From NCBI RefSeq assembly GCF_006345805.1, contig NW_021825764.1, forward strand, positions 1 to 14,683: a stretch of DNA of 14,683 nt, written 5' to 3'. Under the pieces are notes generated by a model. That model was not told the origin of the DNA, made no database searches, and worked only from the letters and a program-made list of their open reading frames with translations. The DNA is from Octopus sinensis. Its lineage: Eukaryota. This document shows positions 8,501 to 14,683 of the stretch, piece by piece. The position numbers and the translations under genes were made by a program. Numbering within the stretch: the stretch's first letter is position 1; each line of letters begins with the position of its first letter.

Positions 8501-8729
8501 TAGCTTGTTCATGGTTATAGGTTTTTGTTTGTTTTCCTGCTATATATTAATTATCCAACAAATCCGTATTAAACAATTTTTAATTATATATTTTCTAAAA
8601 TACACAACTAGTATCCTCTTTTTATCTAAACGAGGTGCAACATTACATTTTCTACAAACTTCAACAAAAAATTTAAAAATTGTCTCAGAATTATCCAAAC
8701 AATAAATCATTTTTTATTTAAAATACAAA

Positions 8730-9140
8730 TTATGTTTTTTCACCTCGAATTCTTCTCGATAAATGCATATCGTTTGGCATTATAGTTACTCTTTTTCCAT
8801 GAATTGCGCACAAATTACTATCTTCAAAAATTCCAACTAGGTAACTCTCTGCCGCTTCTTGGAGAGCGACAATCGCTGACGATTGAAAACGCAAATCAGT
8901 TTTGATAAACTGAGCGGTTTCTCTCACGAGTCTCTGGAATGGAAGTTTTCGTAGTAACAAATCAGTGCTCTTTTGATATCGTCTAATTTCTCGCATTGCA
9001 ACAACTCCAGGTCGAAATCGATGAGGTTTCTTTACCCCTCCAAATTGTGAAACAGACTTGCGAGCAGATTTTGCAGACAATTGTTTCCTTGGAACTTTTG
9101 CTCCAGTAGATTTTCGAGCAGTTTGTTTAGTTCTAGCCAT
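8730..9140 (-). CDS. H3: Histone H3 (136 aa, divergent)
   Basis: [13 protein letters not shown]...[11 protein letters not shown]...DLRFQSSA...FED.NLCAIH.KRVTIMP; colinear with canonical H3. Confidence 0.98.
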   Translation of the reverse strand: MARTKQTARKSTGAKVPRKQLSAKSARKSVSQFGGVKKPHRFRPGVVAMREIRRYQKSTDLLLRKLPFQRLVRETAQFIKTDLRFQSSAIVALQEAAESYLVGIFEDSNLCAIHGKRVTIMPNDMHLSRRIRGEKT

Positions 9141-9190
9141 ATTTTTTTTATTTCAGACCTAGTTATTTTTGTATTATATAGTTAAACAAC

Positions 9191-9236
9191 ATTATTCCGA
9201 ATTTTTTCGAGAAAAAGTATCATTCCGAAAATTTTT
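9191..9236 (-). promoter_or_regulatory. Paired histone upstream motifs before H3
   Basis: attattccgaatttttt and gaaaaagtatCATTCCGAAaatttt, about 50-95 bp upstream of the ATG. Confidence 0.55.
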
Positions 9237-9366
9237 TGCTCATCATTTTTAAAATTAAAAAATTAAATATTTTTAAAATAATATTTATCAGCACCAACAA
9301 AATATTGTAACTAATGCTAAATTGATGAATTTTTCGAGATTACAGACTAAATTACTAGTGAACTAA

Positions 9367-9594
9367 TTAAAGAAAAAACAGAGAACGATCAGATCCCGTC
9401 AAAAGAATAGCTTGCGTGTTGCCGCGCATGATTGTACCAGAGATCCTCTGTCTTAGCCAAGAAGATTCGCTTGCATCCATGTTTCTCCGAGCGATAAGGA
9501 GGCAGACGTGTTTTAAGAACTTGGATGTTTGCGGGACAAAGGCTGCGGAGATCTCGAATGCCAAAGGGACAATTACTAGTTGGATTTGGATTGT
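9367..9594 (-). pseudogene. RLE C-terminal half, second copy
   Basis: Near-identical to 194-400. Confidence 0.7.
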
Positions 9595-9644
9595 TGAAAT
9601 AGTTATTTAAAGAACAAATGAATAAAACAAATATTTTTAAAGTG

Positions 9645-10008
9645 TTATTTTGTATTCGTGTACTTAGTAACTGCCTTTGCACCTTCTGTAATAGCATGTT
9701 TTGCCAATTCACCCGGAAGAATCAGACGAACTGCAGTCTGTATTTCACGTGAGGTAATGGTAGCCTTCGAATTTTGATAGACTAGATTTGAAGCCTCGGT
9801 TTTTATTTTGTCATAAACATCAAATGTAAAACTGTCCATAGCCATCATAGCCTTCTTTGACATCCCAAGTTGATTATGTACTGTCTTTAAAATTTTCATA
9901 AGATATATCGAAAAAGTTTTCCTTTTCTTTTTTTTCTTTGTAGCAACAGAAACATTTTCTTTTTATAGGAGCTCTTTTTTGTCCCTTTGTGCTAACTTTA
10001 GGTGCCAT
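9645..10008 (-). CDS. H2B: Histone H2B, copy 2, with an apparent 2-nt deletion (sequencing error or pseudogene)
   Basis: 364 nt versus 366 nt; deletion near 9958 in a T-rich tract; six substitutions versus copy 1, all synonymous. Confidence 0.8.
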
Positions 10009-10118
10009 TATCCACAAAATTTGCAAGTTTTGGAGTGAAAAATCTCATATAATAAAAAAGTATCATTCCGAAATTTTGTTGAGTAATTCAAAAAAAGTAT
10101 AATTCCAAAATTTTTGAA

Positions 10119-10517
10119 GTTGACGGGATGACCCTTTTCCCATTGAGAGAGGAAAAGGCCTCGTATGGCATGCAAGCTGCTGGGATACTTCTCTGTTTCA
10201 CATCTAACCTCGTGTGCTCTGGAGGCTAAATCAGCTGCTAAAAAGCCTGAAGATTTAAAGCTTTCCAAATATTCTGCCCTTTTGGAATAAAATATCAAGA
10301 GGAATTCTGCAAGGGGACTCTTTGTCTCCACAGCTATTTGTTTTGGTGATGGATACTTTGAGTAGGATGTATTGATGTTTTATGAAGATTTAAAGCTTTC
10401 CAAATATTCTGCCCTTTTGGAATAAAATATCAAGAGGAATTCTGCAAGGGGACTCTTTGTCTCCACAGCTATTTGTTTTGGTGATGGATACTTTGAGTAG
10501 GATGTATTGATGTTTTA
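10119..10517 (+). pseudogene. RLE N-half plus RT fragment, second copy, containing a 135-bp tandem duplication
   Basis: Matches 928-1196, with 10248-10382 repeated at 10383-10517. Confidence 0.75.
10248..10517. repeat. 135-bp direct tandem duplication
   Basis: tgaagatttaaagc...gatgtttta occurs twice here and once in the 1-2069 unit. Confidence 0.93.
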
Positions 10518-10570
10518 GTTATTATAACACATTCCGTGGGAACATAAACAAAGTTATAATCCCACACGTG

Positions 10571-10801
10571 TCACAAGCGAAACAATCTTCTGGACCATCC
10601 TTGTCCATGCCCTTCTGTGCGGGCGAGATCCCGTAAAGATTCTAGGTCGTCCCAGTTTTTGAAACTTTTGTCATGAAGTTTGAGATCCCTTTCAAGAACT
10701 GTCGGAAGAGTGGATCTAGGTCTTCCACGATATTTGTCTCCATGTTCGGAGAAATAATCGTCCATTGCCCGATTGGCCGGAGCTCTGGGGTCCACTCGCA
10801 A
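10571..10801 (-). pseudogene. RTE-like 3' fragment, second copy
   Basis: Near-identical to 1247-1477. Confidence 0.6.
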
Positions 10802-11064
10802 ATAATTCTCTAAATAAACATAATTATAAACAGATGCAAAAAAATAAAATATTAGAAAAAAATAAATTTTTCAAACGATATAACTCTAATTATTGTATAA
10901 ATATACTTTTTTTTATTTCAACAAGATTTCTTACCAATTAAAAAAGCAATCGTAGTATTTCACCGTCGTTTGGTAGCTAGTTAGTATATTTATGAAATTG
11001 CTAATTTTTATCTGTTAATTTGTAAGGAATATCAATGTATTTTATTAAAAAAATTATGTATAAT

Positions 11065-11373
11065 TTATCCACCAAATCCGTAAATTGTCCTACCTTGACG
11101 TTTCAAGGCATTAACAACGTCCATTGCGATAACAGTTTTTCTTTTGGCATGTTCAGTATAGGAAATACAATCACGAACAGTTTTGCTCAATAAAAATCTT
11201 AAGGACAGAACGTGTCTCCTCGTAAATTTTTCCAGAAATTCTTCGAACACCCCCTCTTCGACATAGTCTTCTTATTGCTGGCTTAGTAATTCCTTGTATA
11301 TTGTCAATTAATATCTTTCGAAATCGTTTTGCACCACTCTTTCCTCCTTTGCCACCTTTACCACGTCCAACAT
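11065..11373 (-). CDS. H4: Histone H4, copy 3, with apparent +1 and -1 indels (error or pseudogene)
   Basis: Extra T in 'gaacagttttgctc' and missing G in 'cgtccaacat'; otherwise matches copies 1 and 2. Confidence 0.8.
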
Positions 11374-11528
11374 TGAAAAATTCTCTAAATGAACACTATT
11401 TTCAACCTATGCACAAAAAGTATCATTGCCAAATTTTTTCAAAAGGACCATTCCGAAAAAAATTTTCAACTAAATTTCGGAATGCCATTTTTTTTTATAT
11501 GTAAATAAAAAATAGTTAGCAGAGTATA
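11374..11528. promoter_or_regulatory. Divergent H4/H2A intergenic region, second copy
   Basis: Same motifs: CATTCCGAA at 11449-11457 and inverted TTCGGAATG at 11476-11484. Confidence 0.7.
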
Positions 11529-11888
11529 ATGTCTTCAAGAGGAAAAGGAGGAAAAGTACGGTCAAAGGCTAAAAGCAAATCCGTTCGGGCCGGGTTACAG
11601 TTTCCAGTTGGACGAATTCACCGGTGTCTCCGTCATGAAACCCGAATGCGAGTAGGAATTCCTGCCGCAGTATATATGTGCGCAGTATTGGAATATGCTG
11701 TGGCTGAAATGCTTGAACTTGCTGGAAATACAGCAGTAAAATGTGGAAAAAGAAGAATTAAACCACGTCACATTGTCGTTGCAATTGGAAATGACGACGA
11801 ATTAAAAGAATTAACTCAGAAAGCTATTATTTCATCTGGTGGATTTATGATTCGCAAAACTGCAGAAACTCCTAAAACAACTTCCTAA
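11529..11888 (+). CDS. H2A: Histone H2A, copy 2
   Basis: Intact; I found no difference from 6422-6781. Confidence 0.96.
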   Translation: MSSRGKGGKVRSKAKSKSVRAGLQFPVGRIHRCLRHETRMRVGIPAAVYMCAVLEYAVAEMLELAGNTAVKCGKRRIKPRHIVVAIGNDDELKELTQKAIISSGGFMIRKTAETPKTTS

Positions 11889-12140
11889 CTTTAAATTAAT
11901 TATTTGAATAATGCACTGTTATTTTGTAATATTGTTTTCGAAATACACTAGATCAACCAGTTAAGTTTTTTTAACGAATTTCAAAAAAATTTCAAACACA
12001 ATCAACGAATAAACATTTAGAAGTAATTATAGATAAAATATCGCAATACTGTGTTATTTTATCATTGGCGAAATATTTTTTTAGTCCAATATAATTTATT
12101 TACTTAGGCTAAATTATCCCAAAAAATATAAATATATATA

Positions 12141-13610
12141 CAGTGAACAAAAATAAAAACTGAAAAAGCATTTTCTCATGAATTTACTATGAAACAATAT
12201 TTAAAAAATAACTTCTATGATTTAAAAAAATTAAATAAAGTTTTGCTTTATTTTTGTCTAAAAAATATTATATTTATACAGTTTTCCATTCATTCATAAT
12301 TCAGAACCCAAAAAATGAACAAATTTATTTAATATCTATTATGTCCTCCATTAGCTCTAATTACATCTAGTATTCGGCCTGGCATGCTATTAATAAGACT
12401 TTTTGCGTATTCTATTTTGAGTTAATTCCAAATGGATGATATTTTTGCAAATAAATGTTCCTTTTTCAAAAATTCTCTTCCTTTGATTTTTTCTTAATAA
12501 AGGCCCAAACATTCTCTATAGGGTTTAAATCTGGGCTTTGTGTTGGCCATAGTAGTAATTCGATATTATTTACTTGAAAAAAGCTCTTTGCTATTGCCGA
12601 AGTATGTTTCAGATCATTGTCTTGTGGGAACTAGGATCTTTATGTTCGATTTTGTTCAGAAATGAGATCATATTATTCGTTAATATATTAACATACAAAG
12701 CTCCACCAATCTTCTCTTTTATCAAAACCAAATTAATGAATCCAATATTGATTATGGCATGATAGTTCATGATAGTCCTTTACCGAATTTATGTTTTTTG
12801 TAAGATTGCTTGTTAAATATTTTTCCTTGCGATTTCTCCATACTAAAGTTCTTACATCACTATTTTACATATTAAATTTACTTTCATCACTTAAAATAAC
12901 TCGCTCCCGAAATATTTTGAGAGCATATTGCATGTTTGGCATAGCTTTAATCATTGAAGTTTAGGGTTTTTGGTAAGAAGTGGTCTTTTCGTGGGCGGAT
13001 ATGCATTCAGACCAATTTTTTCGTGGTATTTCTTATTGTTTGAGCTGTTACTGATTTCCCTTTTTTTCTGTAAATGTTTTAGTAAATTAAAAACAGTTGA
13101 AATTGACATCCACTTTTCAAGCCTCTTTAATTTAAAATATTTTTGACGATTGAGCAATGAATGGTCAACCAGACCCAACTTTTTTGTCCGTCAAGCACTT
13201 ATTTGAATAGCTTTTGATAATTTGCAATATCGTGCCAAGCATACTTTTTCGTGATATCTTGTATTTCTCTGTATGTTTTTCCAGATTTATACATGCCAAT
13301 TATTCTGCCTTTTTCTTCAAATGTTCAATGATTGGCTATGTAGAGAGGTTACAAATGATTGAATTTGAACGAATTTTAAAAAATAAAACCTTTTTTTGAT
13401 ATATATAAGTAATTTAAATTTGTTCAGTATTTTTTTGGTTTTAAATTTTCGATATCATAAAAACGGGCATAAATATATATTTATTAAAAAAACTAAAAAA
13501 ATGTAAAATACTTTAATCTATGTTAAAAATAAATTTGAGACATATTTGCAATATTGTCCAATTGTAAATTTATAAGAAAAAGCATGTTCAGTTTTTATTT
13601 TTGTTCACTA
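12141..13610 (-). mobile_element. Degenerate Tc1-like element, second copy (1470 bp)
   Basis: Same TIRs and same insertion site between H2A and H3. Confidence 0.9.
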
Positions 13611-13838
13611 TAGCTTGTTCATGGTTATAGGTTTTTGTTTGTTTTCCTGCTATATATTAATTATCCAACAAATCCGTATTAAACAATTTTTAATTATATA
13701 TTTTCTAAAATACACAACTAGTATCCTCTTTTTATCTAAACGAGGTGCAACATTACATTTTCTACAAACTTCAACAAAAAATTTAAAAATTGTCTCAGAA
13801 TTATCCAAACATAAATCATTTTTTATTTAAAATACAAA

Positions 13839-14248
13839 TTATGTTTTTTCACCTCGAATTCTTCTCGATAAATGCATATCGTTTGGCATTATAGTTACTC
13901 TTTTTCATGAATTGCGCACAAATTACTATCTTCAAAAATTCCAACTAGGTAACTCTCTGCCGCTTCTTGGAGAGCGACAATCGCTGACGATTGAAAACGC
14001 AAATCAGTTTTGATAAACTGAGCGGTTTCTCTCACGAGTCTCTGGAATGGAAGTTTTCGTAGTAACAAATCAGTGCTCTTTTGATATCGTCTAATTTCTC
14101 GCATTGCAACAACTCCAGGTCGAAATCGATGAGGTTTCTTTACCCCTCCAAATTGTGAAACAGACTTGCGAGCAGATTTTGCAGACAATTGTTTCCTTGG
14201 AACTTTTGCTCCAGTAGATTTTCGAGCAGTTTGTTTAGTTCTAGCCAT
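13839..14248 (-). CDS. H3: Histone H3, copy 2, with an apparent 1-nt deletion near codon 114
   Basis: 'tttttcatg' versus 'tttttccatg'; otherwise matches 8730-9140. Confidence 0.82.
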
Positions 14249-14266
14249 ATTTTTTTTATTTCAGAC

Positions 14267-14683
14267 GAACGAACGAACGAAGAATTTTATTGTAAGAAAG
14301 AAGAGCGAGACAGAAAATTAGTGCGGAAAGTAATTTTGACGAGACGATTGCTTTGGGCATTCGAGCTCTTCCATGGTTCGTCCGCTTTGTCTGTCTATGA
14401 GCAGGGACACCTGCTATTCTCCACGATCGATGAATAGGTCAGTTACTTTAGAGCGTTTCCGAAAAGTTCGGATAGAAGCCTCGATGGCCTGCCGTAGCTC
14501 TGGAGACTTGCTCTCCGCCCAGCTTGGGACAGGCGCCCATGGATTTAGCATATAGGCTAGTTTTAGAGCGTATCTCCGTATTTTTTTGCATTTTCGCAGA
14601 ATTTTCTCATATTGTTTCGAGTAGAACCAAGCTTCCATACCATACAGTAGGCTGGGCAAGATTGTTGCATGGTATACAAATAG
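14267..14683 (-). mobile_element. 3' end of a non-LTR retrotransposon (LINE), running off the window
   Basis: Post-RT motif ILPSLLYGMEAWFY...KIRRYALKLAY, AATAAA (plus-strand 14286-14291) and a (TTCG)n tail abutting the H3 upstream region. Confidence 0.75.

Larger units (their letters stand above)
5819..10926. repeat. Complete ~5.1-kb histone repeat unit (H4, H2A, Tc1, H3, H2B, retro debris)
   Basis: 5819-9158 repeats at 10927-14266; 9197-10926 repeats at 1-1603. Confidence 0.93.
10927..14266. repeat. Histone repeat unit truncated by a LINE insertion
   Basis: Colinear with 5819-9158. Confidence 0.93.

Noticed and set aside
8505-8705. Hydrophobic 66-71 aa ORF (also 13615-13830), and ORFs at 1441-1632, 4856-5044 and 13214-13399
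   Set aside because: Low-complexity products of AT-rich spacer, satellite or Tc1 DNA with no recognisable motif.
451-14248. Viral origin of the histones (giant virus or polydnavirus)
   Set aside because: Separate unfused genes in a tandem array with Tc1, Helitron, LINE and a spliceosomal intron, and no viral genes.
1-14266. Whole repeat as an assembly artefact
   Set aside because: Synonymous-only H2B differences and unit-specific insertions indicate distinct copies, although individual indels may still be errors.
14189-14555. Plus-strand ORFs 14189-14437 and 14373-14555
   Set aside because: Antisense to H3 and the LINE, spanning the insertion junction.

Overview
AT-rich eukaryotic DNA, standard genetic code, holding a tandem array of strongly divergent core histone genes. 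The unit is about 5.0-5.1 kb: H4(-)/H2A(+) divergent pair, dead Tc1/mariner element, H3(-), H2B(-) embedded in non-LTR retrotransposon debris. No H1 was seen. The window has a partial unit (1-2069), a full unit (5819-10926) and a unit (10927-14266) cut by the 3' end of a LINE. Between two identical H4 copies lies a 3.7-kb TGT...ACA element with 57-bp TIRs. It encodes a gypsy-type H2C2+DDE integrase (Ginger-like) whose frame is restored by a 25-nt GT-AG intron, and it carries a nested non-autonomous Helitron with a ~95-bp minisatellite. Other highlights: an oriented motif upstream of all four histone genes, a retro-endonuclease domain split across opposite strands around H2B (probable inversion), and two insertion junctions each 18 nt upstream of a histone ATG. 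The host cannot be identified from the sequence; divergent histones and the tiny intron suggest a fast-evolving, possibly parasitic lineage (inference). All family calls come from motif recognition by eye, not database searches. Many single-base indels between copies may be sequencing errors.
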